Source: an uncultured virus (IMG/VR IMGVR_UViG_3300042402_007133) | Taxonomy: Duplodnaviria; Heunggongvirae; Uroviricota; Caudoviricetes | DNA: 20,000 bases | Virus record (IMG/VR): IMGVR_UViG_3300042402_007133 | Strand: one strand, 5' to 3' | Shown: piece after piece, positions 8,806 through 16,690 of the stretch | Layout of the letters: each line of letters begins with the position of its first letter | How positions within the stretch are numbered: position 1 is the first letter of the stretch | Position numbers and translations under genes: made by a program | Notes under the pieces: model-generated | The model's input: only the letters and a program-made list of their open reading frames with translations | Told to the model about the DNA's origin: nothing | The model's database searches: none

Positions 8806-9461
8806 TGAACATAAAGCTAAGACTGATTGATTACACAGATATCTCAACCATAAACAGGATACGAAATCAATCAGCGTCATACTTACATGATGATAGAACG
8901 TTCACCGAAGAGGAGACTCATGAATGGTGGCTACGATATGACCTAGATTGGTATGCAATAGTTCTAGATGGAGAAATGATAGGATACTTCAGAATATCAA
9001 ACTACTCCAAGGAAAACCGAAACCTCTACATAGGAGCAGACCTAGCTGAGGAGCATAGAGGAAAGGGGATTGGGTATGCTGCATATCTGATGATGATGGA
9101 GATGTTGTTCAACCAAAGAAAGCTTAACAAGATAACGCTTGAAGTCCTAAGCACAAATGAAAGGGCATATGGCCTCTACAGAAAGCTTGGATTCTCCGTT
9201 GAAGGGACAAAAAGACAGGAGGTATGGAGGGATGGAAGATGGGCAGATTCAATTGTGATGTCAATCACAAGGAAAGAATTCATGTCGCTGAACCCACAAT
9301 CTGTTGCATCTCCTTGCATAGGGATATGTCAAAGAGACGGAGACATATGCCTTAGCTGTGGAAGAACCATGGATCAGATAAGATCATGGAAGGATTTAAG
9401 CCCTGGGCAGAGGGCAGATGCAATAAATGAAATGATACAAATCAATGTAACAAAGCCATAA
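8802..9461 (+). CDS. GNAT N-acetyltransferase (PseH/RimJ-like) fused to a C-terminal DUF1289-like Cys4 domain
   Basis: HRGKGIG acetyl-CoA motif and LEVLSTNERAYGLYRKLGFSVEG; C-terminal SPCIGIC...ICLSCGRTMDQIRSW...R. Confidence 0.85.
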   Translation: MMNIKLRLIDYTDISTINRIRNQSASYLHDDRTFTEEETHEWWLRYDLDWYAIVLDGEMIGYFRISNYSKENRNLYIGADLAEEHRGKGIGYAAYLMMMEMLFNQRKLNKITLEVLSTNERAYGLYRKLGFSVEGTKRQEVWRDGRWADSIVMSITRKEFMSLNPQSVASPCIGICQRDGDICLSCGRTMDQIRSWKDLSPGQRADAINEMIQINVTKP

Positions 9462-9503
9462 CTGTTGGCATATAACAAGAACAATAACCAAAAGGAAATA
9501 CTG

Positions 9504-9767
9504 ATGATTTTGGACATTAACCAAAACAATCCCGCTGAACAGGCGCCCCAGATGTCAAGGGAACAAATGATGAATGCAATTAGAGATGCATTTGCAACCC
9601 ATGCAACAGATCTTGCATGTGAAAAATGCAGCAATGATACATTCAATGAAGTGGTCAAGATAAAGAGGTTGAGCGCAATTGCATCTCCAACTGGAGAAGA
9701 GATGGTCCTTCCATTTAAGGTTTTCATCTGTTCAAAGTGCTCAGAGCCTATACCAGATATGAAATAA
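9504..9767 (+). CDS. Small zinc-ribbon hypothetical protein
   Basis: CEKC...CSKC pairs. ATG 9504, preceded by AAGGA, is preferred over TTG 9465. Confidence 0.75.
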   Translation: MILDINQNNPAEQAPQMSREQMMNAIRDAFATHATDLACEKCSNDTFNEVVKIKRLSAIASPTGEEMVLPFKVFICSKCSEPIPDMK

Positions 9768-9783
9768 ATTTTTTCTAGTTCTA

Positions 9784-9836
9784 GGGACCGTTTAATTTTG
9801 TGCCATTGCAAGAAATTGACGGTCCCATTTTTATTT
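9784..9836 (+). terminator. Intrinsic terminator
   Basis: GGGACCGT (9784-9791) pairs with ACGGTCCC (9819-9826), with an extended imperfect inner stem, followed by ATTTTTATTT. Confidence 0.7.
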
Positions 9837-9866
9837 CAGAATCAATAACAAAGCTAGACCTAAGGT

Positions 9867-9878
9867 GATATATAGAAC
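9867..9878 (+). promoter_or_regulatory. Putative phage late promoter GATATATAGAAC
   Basis: Copy of the recurrent motif, after the terminator and abutting ATG 9879. Confidence 0.55.
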
Positions 9879-10259
9879 ATGTTAAATTCAGATAAAAATT
9901 TTGAAGCCATGAACATTACTTTGACGATAGCAAGAGTTGCATTTGTAACAGCTGCAGCATTCATCAACCCATGGCTGGTTATTCCTGCTTTCATAATAGC
10001 AGAATTGGTATCGACAAAATTCCAAAACAAGCCAGCGGTTGAGCAACCAAAGGCAGACACAATATTGAACGCAACAGAAGCTTCAGCAGAAGCAATTCAA
10101 CCATTAACACAAGAGCTGGTCATTGAGAAGGTTGAAGAAGTAAAGGCCGAAGAAGAGCCTAAAAAGAAGAGCAGGAAGAAAAGATCATCTAAGCTCTCTG
10201 ATAACAGCAGCAACCAGCAGGTAAAGACGTCAAAGCCAAAGGGTAGGCGCAGCAACTAA
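9879..10259 (+). CDS. Hypothetical membrane-anchored protein with acidic linker and K/R/S-rich tail
   Basis: Hydrophobic ARVAFVTAAAFINPWLVIPAFIIAELV segment; tail KKKSRKKRSSK...KPKGRRSN; alternative start at 9909. Confidence 0.7.
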   Translation: MLNSDKNFEAMNITLTIARVAFVTAAAFINPWLVIPAFIIAELVSTKFQNKPAVEQPKADTILNATEASAEAIQPLTQELVIEKVEEVKAEEEPKKKSRKKRSSKLSDNSSNQQVKTSKPKGRRSN

Positions 10260-10273
10260 AATTAAATAACCAA

Positions 10274-10347
10274 GTCGTTTAATCGTCGAGCGACCGGAAT
10301 CTGGAATCTTCGGATTCCTTAGTATCACAAAATATTAAGGAGGAACT
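10274..10347 (+). promoter_or_regulatory. Structured 5' leader with alternative hairpins and strong SD (AAGGAGG)
   Basis: Stems: 10274-10294; GGAATC-TTCG-GATTCC at 10303-10318; and 10315-10325 pairing with 10332-10342 over the SD. Confidence 0.55.
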
Positions 10348-10830
10348 ATGAATTTTCAAAGATACGGCCTAGCTTTAGCTACGCTTTTTCTTGTTTTGAT
10401 AACAAACATATACGCATTTGACATAGATGTTGAAAGCGTAATGAATACTGCTTTTATGGATTCAATAATACATGTTGAAAGCAGTGGGCGTGATAATGCT
10501 GTATCCCGAGATGGATCTGCTGGACCTTTGCAGATCAAAGCAGTATTGGTCAAAGATGTCAATAGAATACTTGCGCACAGAGGAGATACTCTGAGGTTCA
10601 GGATGAAAGACAGGTTTGACAGGGATAAAGCCATACAGATGTTCTGGATATACCAGAGCTTCTATGGAAAGCAAGGCGACAGCTTTGAGACCATGGCAAG
10701 AAGGTGGAACGGAGGCCCAAATGGACCATCCAAAAAGGCCACAAGAAAGTACTGGAAGAAGGTAAACAAGCAATTGATGCTAAGGGTCAGCAATGACATG
10801 GCAACATCCCAATCAAGGACAAACCTATAA
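10348..10830 (+). CDS. Lysozyme-like / lytic transglycosylase (SLT-type) with signal peptide; candidate endolysin
   Basis: IIHVESSG (catalytic Glu), AGPLQI (GxxQ motif), ARRWNGG; hydrophobic N-terminal leader ending IYA. Confidence 0.8.
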   Translation: MNFQRYGLALATLFLVLITNIYAFDIDVESVMNTAFMDSIIHVESSGRDNAVSRDGSAGPLQIKAVLVKDVNRILAHRGDTLRFRMKDRFDRDKAIQMFWIYQSFYGKQGDSFETMARRWNGGPNGPSKKATRKYWKKVNKQLMLRVSNDMATSQSRTNL

Positions 10831-11408
10831 TGTTGAAGAGCAGGCTTGCAATAGAAGGGCTTGAAATAATCAAGCCAACAAACCACAGCGATGAACGTGG
10901 ATTCTTTTCTGAGATATGGAAGGATGAATCAGGTTTTCCAGAATTCAAGCAGATGAATATGTCTGTAAGCAAGCTCTGTACATTCAGAGGGCTTCACTAT
11001 CAATGGGATAGGCCACAGGGAAAGATGATACGTGTGGTAAAAGGAAGCGCAATATTCTTTGAACTAGATGTCAGAAGTTACAGTCCAACCTTTGGTGAGC
11101 ATGAGGTAATTCCATTGAATGGAAAGACGAATGAATGGCTGTGGGTTCCTGCTGGGTTTGCAAATGGTTTCTTCACTCTTGAAGAAGACACACACGTAAT
11201 GTACATGTGCACAGAAAAGTGGAGCAAGTGCGAAGGGTCAATAAATCACAACATCCTTGGATACGATTTTAATATGCTTGGAAGCATAAGAAACATATCA
11301 GAGAAGGATTCCAATGCACCATCGTTTGATGAATCAATAGCACACTTGGAATCAATATCAGATTTTTTCCGCAATGACAGTAAAGGCGTTATAGAGATCA
11401 ACGCCTGA
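10830..11408 (+). CDS. rmlC: dTDP-4-dehydrorhamnose 3,5-epimerase
   Basis: DERGFF, RGLHYQ, QGKMIRV, LWVPAGFANGF, SEKDSNAP; TAATG overlap with the upstream gene. Confidence 0.92.
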   Translation: MLKSRLAIEGLEIIKPTNHSDERGFFSEIWKDESGFPEFKQMNMSVSKLCTFRGLHYQWDRPQGKMIRVVKGSAIFFELDVRSYSPTFGEHEVIPLNGKTNEWLWVPAGFANGFFTLEEDTHVMYMCTEKWSKCEGSINHNILGYDFNMLGSIRNISEKDSNAPSFDESIAHLESISDFFRNDSKGVIEINA

Positions 11409-11852
11409 GACGAATATCTTGTTGAAACTCTTCGTTGATTTTAGATAATCCCTTAGGATGTTTGGAGTAAACATATGTACATGTTTACGATTGTTCCATG
11501 GCCTCCAGTATTCCTGTGAATAGTCAGGAAGATACAAGAACAGAATGCCACCCGGCTTTAATTTATCTGTCCAATATTCCAGTGCCCCTACCCAGTCTGG
11601 TATGTGTTCAAGGCAATGAGAAGAGAACACATAATCCATGTTGGTATATGGAAAGTCTGTTGCGTGGTATTGGTTTATCTCGGGATCTACTGGATAAGAT
11701 CCAGGAAACTTCCATTCCATTCTGTTGCAGCCAACATCAACACCATCACCTTTGCAAACCTCTAGAGCAAATGGCATAACAAACCTTGCCGCAAAGCCAT
11801 TCGTTTGGAATGCAGGATATTCGGCTTCATTGAACTTAACAGTTTCTAACAT
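11358..11852 (-). CDS. Class I SAM-dependent methyltransferase (type 11-like)
   Basis: GVDVGC, YVFSSHCLEH, LKPGGILFLYLPD. Confidence 0.85.
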   Translation of the reverse strand: MLETVKFNEAEYPAFQTNGFAARFVMPFALEVCKGDGVDVGCNRMEWKFPGSYPVDPEINQYHATDFPYTNMDYVFSSHCLEHIPDWVGALEYWTDKLKPGGILFLYLPDYSQEYWRPWNNRKHVHMFTPNILRDYLKSTKSFNKIFVSGVDLYNAFTVIAEKI

Positions 11853-11867
11853 AACATCGTAGTTTGA

Positions 11868-11881
11868 TCCTTATATAAGGA
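11868..11881. promoter_or_regulatory. 14-bp perfect palindrome TCCTTATATAAGGA in a 33-nt divergent intergenic gap
   Basis: Read directly; has a TATATA core and supplies AAGGA on both strands. Confidence 0.4.
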
Positions 11882-11885
11882 GGAT

Positions 11886-12482
11886 ATGGTAAATGTTTAC
11901 ACAGTTCTTAACGTATCCTTCAACCACACGAAGGAATACGTCTATCGGCTAAAGAGGTCGTTAGAAAAGAACTCCACTGTTTCCTTCAATTTCTTCTGTT
12001 TAACCAATGAACAGCTTCCAGGAATAAACACGATCCCGGTTAGTGAGGAAGGAAAATGGGCAAAGATAGAACTGTGCAAGTCATCCATAAAGGGAAGAAT
12101 CCATTACATGGACATAGACACCGTTCTTGTGGGAAACGTCGATTTCTTTCTTAACGCGCAAGCATCATTCTTCTGTAGAACATGGGTAGGTCAAAGAAGA
12201 ACCAATGTGATGTCATTGGACGAAGAAGAAAGAGCTGCAGTCTGGGACTTCTGGACGTTTTCAAGGAACAGGATAATACCAAACTTGAAGGGCGAAGGGG
12301 CTGTCTATGACTTTGTTTCAAACGTAACAACACCATGCATACAGGACATTCATCCTGGAAAGGTTGTTAGCCTACAGGAAGCAGAGCCTTGCATTCCTCT
12401 TGGTTGCAAGATGGTTACATTTTCAAATGGAAAATTTCCAAAGAACCTTGATGATGAAAATTGGATGAAAAAATACTGGTAA
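11886..12482 (+). CDS. Putative glycosyltransferase (GT-A, GT8-like phage type)
   Basis: YVYRLKRSLEKN...FFCLTN, WAKIEL, YMDIDTV (DxD), FSNGKFP. Confidence 0.7.
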   Translation: MVNVYTVLNVSFNHTKEYVYRLKRSLEKNSTVSFNFFCLTNEQLPGINTIPVSEEGKWAKIELCKSSIKGRIHYMDIDTVLVGNVDFFLNAQASFFCRTWVGQRRTNVMSLDEEERAAVWDFWTFSRNRIIPNLKGEGAVYDFVSNVTTPCIQDIHPGKVVSLQEAEPCIPLGCKMVTFSNGKFPKNLDDENWMKKYW

Positions 12483-12488
12483 ACTACT

Positions 12489-13253
12489 ATGCCTCTATGG
12501 TCTCATAATGGTGAAAATTGGCAAACCGTGAATCTTCATAAGAAGAACAACGGTCTATCTGCATTTTTATGTGGAGGCGGCCCATCACTGAATCTTGTGA
12601 ATCCCAAGTTTTTGAACGGCCCAAACAGGCTTGTGTTTGGTCTTAATAACACGTATCCAATGATCAGGCCTGATTATTGGATTGGAATGGATGATGCAGA
12701 CTGTTATGATGCAAAGCTTTTCTGGGAGCCATTTCCAAAGATACTTCGCGGAAACTACGGTGACAACCTGTGTAGAGGGTTTGCATTGAAGACCCTCAAC
12801 AACACACTCTTTGCTGATGTCGTTGAGTATGAAGATAAGATGGACATATTTGATTTCAATGAAAACACCAAGTTCTGTTGGCAGAAGAACACGTTCTCAT
12901 TCGCTCTACAATTGATAATGTGGATGGGAATAAAGAACATATACCTCTTTGGCGTTGATCTTAACAACGAACAGCAGGACTATTTTGATGGAACATATCT
13001 CAAAAAAGAACAGAGAGATTCAAACTCTCTTCTCTATAACCAGCTGTTCAATTTTTTGACTAAGTTCAAGGAAAAGGCAGAACCAATGGGATACAAAATC
13101 ATTTCGTGTTCTCACGGTTCAAGGATAAACACGCTCTTTGAGTACCAGCACTACATGGACGCCATAAAGTATCTTGAGATTGATGTTCCTTTTGGCAGAA
13201 TAAAAAAACACGTACTAGATGATAAAAAAGGCGATAATACTGGCAGGGGGTAA
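12489..13253 (+). CDS. DUF115/MAF_flag10 (MptE-like / Maf / CstII-like) putative sugar transferase
   Basis: AFLCGGGPSL, VFGLNN, PDYWIGMD, ALQLIMWMGIKNIYLFGVDL...YF. Confidence 0.7.
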   Translation: MPLWSHNGENWQTVNLHKKNNGLSAFLCGGGPSLNLVNPKFLNGPNRLVFGLNNTYPMIRPDYWIGMDDADCYDAKLFWEPFPKILRGNYGDNLCRGFALKTLNNTLFADVVEYEDKMDIFDFNENTKFCWQKNTFSFALQLIMWMGIKNIYLFGVDLNNEQQDYFDGTYLKKEQRDSNSLLYNQLFNFLTKFKEKAEPMGYKIISCSHGSRINTLFEYQHYMDAIKYLEIDVPFGRIKKHVLDDKKGDNTGRG

Positions 13254-14100
13254 CGGTAGCAGACTATACCCTTCTACAATATCAACTTCAAAGCAACTTC
13301 TTCCGATATACGATAAGCCACTCATATACTATCCATTATCCATAGTCATGCTTGCTGGCATGAAGGATGTACTAATTGTGACCTCGCCTGGTCAGATAGA
13401 ATCATTCAAGTCGTGCCTTGGAGATGGATCTCAATGGGGAATAAATCTTTCGTATGGTATACAGGAAGAGCCACGTGGAATTGCTGACGCAATACTTGTT
13501 GGAGAGGAATTCATAGACGGCGATCCGTTCTGCCTGATTCTAGGAGATAACATATTCTATGGCGACCTTAACTTCATGTATGCTGCAATAGAAAAGTTCT
13601 CAACTTGCACCATATTTGCTTACAGCGTCAAGGATCCTGAGAGGTTTGGCGTTGTAAAATTTGACCGTCAAGGAAAGGCAAAGATGATAGTTGAGAAGCC
13701 AAAGAAGAAGGTTTCAAACTGGGCAGTTCCTGGATTGTATCTCTTTGATTCAAGCGCAGTTGGCCGAGTAAAAGAAATGAAGCCTTCTGACAGAGGAGAG
13801 CTTGAGGTCACAGACCTAAACAGATCCTACATGGAAGATGGAATCCTTGATGTTCAAAAGATGAACAGAGGTCTTGTGTGGTTTGACACAGGAACTCCAG
13901 AAAGCATGCTAGAAGCATCTAACTTTTTGCACACAATTGAAAAGACGCAGAACAGGAAGGTTGCATGTCTGGAGGAAATTGCACTACAGAGAGGTTTCAT
14001 CGATGAGGAATCATTTCAGCAGGTGGTAAACTCAATGCCAAACTGCGACTATAAGAACTATTGTAAATCACTTCTATCACCTGATGAGCAGGATCAATGA
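13219..14100 (+). CDS. rmlA: Glucose-1-phosphate thymidylyltransferase
   Basis: IILAGGNGSRLYP, SKQLLPIYDKPLIYYPLS, LILGDNIFYG, DPERFGV, EKP, RGELEVTD, WFDTGT. Confidence 0.97.
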   Translation: MIKKAIILAGGNGSRLYPSTISTSKQLLPIYDKPLIYYPLSIVMLAGMKDVLIVTSPGQIESFKSCLGDGSQWGINLSYGIQEEPRGIADAILVGEEFIDGDPFCLILGDNIFYGDLNFMYAAIEKFSTCTIFAYSVKDPERFGVVKFDRQGKAKMIVEKPKKKVSNWAVPGLYLFDSSAVGRVKEMKPSDRGELEVTDLNRSYMEDGILDVQKMNRGLVWFDTGTPESMLEASNFLHTIEKTQNRKVACLEEIALQRGFIDEESFQQVVNSMPNCDYKNYCKSLLSPDEQDQ

Positions 14101-15161
14101 AAACAGCATACACGTTTGATGACATACAGATAATACCAAAATACTCCGAGGTCCAGTCCAGATCGGAGTGTAGTTTAGTGACAAGGTTCACAAAGAATAG
14201 AAACATAGTAACACCGTACGTGTCATCTCCGATGGACACTGTAACCGGTTATGAGATGGCATCATTCATGATGAAGTATGGCGGCGTTGGAATACTTCAC
14301 AGATTCATGACAATTGAAGAGCAGGCCCAAGAAGTCTCAAGAATAAAGCTTGACCGAATAAACCACGGAATGGTCTATTCACAGCCAGAGGCAATTGTTT
14401 GTGCTGCAATAGGTGCAACCGGTGATTACCAAGAGAGGGCAAAGGAACTTGCATTGGCAGGTTCAACTGTGATTCTCATAGATGTTGCCCACGGTAACAC
14501 AAAGCAGGTCAAAGATGCAATACAGTGGTGCAAACAAAACCTGCCGGACTACGTTGACATAATTGCAGGAAATGTTGCCACGCGTGAGGGTGCAAGAAAC
14601 CTTGCAGAATGGGGAGCAGATGCAATCCGTGTTGGGATAGGCAACGGTTCACTTTGTGAGACGCGAATAAGAACTGGTATAGGAGTTCCACAGGTCACGG
14701 CCCTATTGGAGTGTGTGAAGGGCGTAGAAGAATCAGGTATTGATGTTCCTGTGATGGCTGACGGAGGAATGAAGACGCCAGGTGACATTGCAAAGGCGCT
14801 GTCTTTGGGGGCAGATACCGTCATGGTTGGTTCTCTTCTTTCCGGAACAAGAGAGTCTCCTGGTGAGATTCAAAAGGTTGGAATGTGGCCAAATGAACAG
14901 CTGTTCAAGAAGTATAGAGGATCCGCAAGCGCAGAGACAAAAAAGGCCCATGGCATGGAAGAGAAGAATGTTGAAGGCAATACAAAGCTCATACCATACA
15001 AAGGAAAGGCATCTAGGATACTGGACGATCTTTCTGATGGTCTAAGGTCATCAATGTCATATGTCAATGCAACAGATCTTGTATCGTTCAGGGCAAATTC
15101 TGAACATGTCATAATAACACAAAATGGCCTAATAGAGGCAAAACCGCATCTTCTTCTTTGA
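14097..15161 (+). CDS. IMPDH/GMP reductase family oxidoreductase without CBS domains (GMP reductase favoured)
   Basis: TFDD, SSPMDTVT, IDVAHG, AGNVAT, GIGNGSLCETR (catalytic Cys), ADGG, YRGSAS, VEG, GLRSSMSY; no Arg-Tyr flap. Confidence 0.88.
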   Translation: MKTAYTFDDIQIIPKYSEVQSRSECSLVTRFTKNRNIVTPYVSSPMDTVTGYEMASFMMKYGGVGILHRFMTIEEQAQEVSRIKLDRINHGMVYSQPEAIVCAAIGATGDYQERAKELALAGSTVILIDVAHGNTKQVKDAIQWCKQNLPDYVDIIAGNVATREGARNLAEWGADAIRVGIGNGSLCETRIRTGIGVPQVTALLECVKGVEESGIDVPVMADGGMKTPGDIAKALSLGADTVMVGSLLSGTRESPGEIQKVGMWPNEQLFKKYRGSASAETKKAHGMEEKNVEGNTKLIPYKGKASRILDDLSDGLRSSMSYVNATDLVSFRANSEHVIITQNGLIEAKPHLLL

Positions 15162-15165
15162 ACAG

Positions 15166-15177
15166 AATATATAGACC
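15166..15177 (+). promoter_or_regulatory. Putative phage late promoter AATATATAGACC
   Basis: Copy of the recurrent motif in a 16-nt intergenic gap, abutting ATG 15178. Confidence 0.55.
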
Positions 15178-15894
15178 ATGAAATCAATAAAGAACTTTTT
15201 TTCGTGGTTAAATGAGCAGAAAGAAGAGAGCTTTTCTTCTCAACTGTTTAATATTGTCCGCAATCAAGGACAAAAAGCAGACATAAGAGATGTTAGGGAG
15301 CTTCTTCATCTTGGAGCAGACCCAAATTACATACTTATGGGAATGACAGATGAAGATTTCATAAATAAGGTAATAAAAGCCAAAGAAGAGGATGATGATC
15401 TAGTTGTACCAGAGATGAATACGTTTTTTATGTCTTCATTTGCTTACGTCATATGGAAGAGAAGGCCTGATCTTGTTAGTGTGTTTCTTGAGTATGGAGC
15501 AGATCCTGATCTAAACATATCAAATGTTAATATTGCTTCAGGTATGCCAACGCCATTCATGCTTGCAATTAAACAATACCATTCATACCAAAAGGATGAT
15601 GAAATGGAAAAGATCCTTGACCTTCTCGTGGACGCTGGGGCAAACATAAATGTATTGGATAAAAATGGTAACAACGGACTACATATTGCTGTTGATGATG
15701 GAAACTTTGATATAATACCAAAATTAGTAGAGATGGGAGTCGACATAAAGAGGAAGAACAACCAAGGAAAGACCCCATATGATCTAATAGATACATGGAA
15801 AGAGTACCATTTTAATGGAAAGCATGTAAGAGGAACTCAGATAGCAGGCATGTTTGAGGAAATCCTGGATCCGAATTTTAAGGCAAAAAGCTGA
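15178..15894 (+). CDS. Ankyrin-repeat protein with N-terminal MKSIKNFFSWLNE peptide
   Basis: LLHLGADPN, FLEYGADPD, TPFMLAI...LLVDAGANIN, GNNGLHIAV...LVEMGVDI, GKTPYDL. Confidence 0.9.
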   Translation: MKSIKNFFSWLNEQKEESFSSQLFNIVRNQGQKADIRDVRELLHLGADPNYILMGMTDEDFINKVIKAKEEDDDLVVPEMNTFFMSSFAYVIWKRRPDLVSVFLEYGADPDLNISNVNIASGMPTPFMLAIKQYHSYQKDDEMEKILDLLVDAGANINVLDKNGNNGLHIAVDDGNFDIIPKLVEMGVDIKRKNNQGKTPYDLIDTWKEYHFNGKHVRGTQIAGMFEEILDPNFKAKS

Positions 15895-15910
15895 AGATAA
15901 AACCACACAA

Positions 15911-16666
15911 ATGGATACTAACGTAAAGTCATTCCAACAATTTTCTAAATCAATAGACCCGCATTTTCTAAAGCTTAGAGATGCTATGGAATTGATGTCT
16001 GGAAAAAAGGTTGTTTTCATAACAACATCAACAAGATGGAGTGGTTCAAAGGAAAAACCAAAATCAACACAGCTTGCAGAAAAGATGTCTGAGAAGCTAT
16101 TTCCTTCTGCACAGATAATAAATGCTGCAAATCTAATAGTGTTTCCTTGCGAGGGGAATGTTTCCACTTCCCCTGAGAATGGTGCAAATCACTGCGGAAC
16201 TCCCGGTGCAATATTAAAGGATGGTGAAAAAAACCCAGGCGGATTTCTTCGTTGCTGGGCATCATTAAACAATCCAAGCGATGAGCTCTGGAAGATATCA
16301 AAAGCAATATATGAGTCAGACGTCATAGTGTTCTTTGGCTCAATGCGTTGGGGTTCATTGGATTCGATATACAAGAAGGTCCTTGAGCGTTTGACCTGGA
16401 TAGAAAACAGGCACACAACCCTTGGAGGAGAAAATCCAGTAAAAGACAAGTCAGTTGGCGTGATGATAATAGGCCAGAATTGGAACGGCCTTGAAGAGCT
16501 TGAGAAGCAAAAGCAGATACTCAGCTGGTTTGGGTTCCAAACTCCAGATGAACTATTCTGGAACTGGCAGTACACTAATGACTTCAAAGATGAAAGTCAA
16601 AAAAGCTACATTGAAGCATACGATAGCTTTGAAAAGCACCTAGAGCAGATGGATTATTTTCTGTAA
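15911..16666 (+). CDS. Flavodoxin-fold NAD(P)H-dependent FMN reductase / iron-sulfur-flavoprotein-like protein
   Basis: VVFITTSTR...KSTQLA, PCEG...HCG...RCW...DEL, ESDVIVFFGSMRWG, KKVLERL, KDKSVGV. Start moved to ATG 15911. Confidence 0.75.
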   Translation: MDTNVKSFQQFSKSIDPHFLKLRDAMELMSGKKVVFITTSTRWSGSKEKPKSTQLAEKMSEKLFPSAQIINAANLIVFPCEGNVSTSPENGANHCGTPGAILKDGEKNPGGFLRCWASLNNPSDELWKISKAIYESDVIVFFGSMRWGSLDSIYKKVLERLTWIENRHTTLGGENPVKDKSVGVMIIGQNWNGLEELEKQKQILSWFGFQTPDELFWNWQYTNDFKDESQKSYIEAYDSFEKHLEQMDYFL

Positions 16667-16690
16667 CAGATCACGTTAAAAGCGTGTATT

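Noticed and set aside
9793..9800. Bacteroidota -7 promoter element TAATTTTG
   Set aside because: It lies inside the terminator hairpin with no matching upstream TTTG element; likely chance in AT-rich DNA.
10274..10347. Known riboswitch class upstream of the transglycosylase
   Set aside because: I could not match it to any riboswitch consensus I know; it is reported only as an unclassified structured leader.
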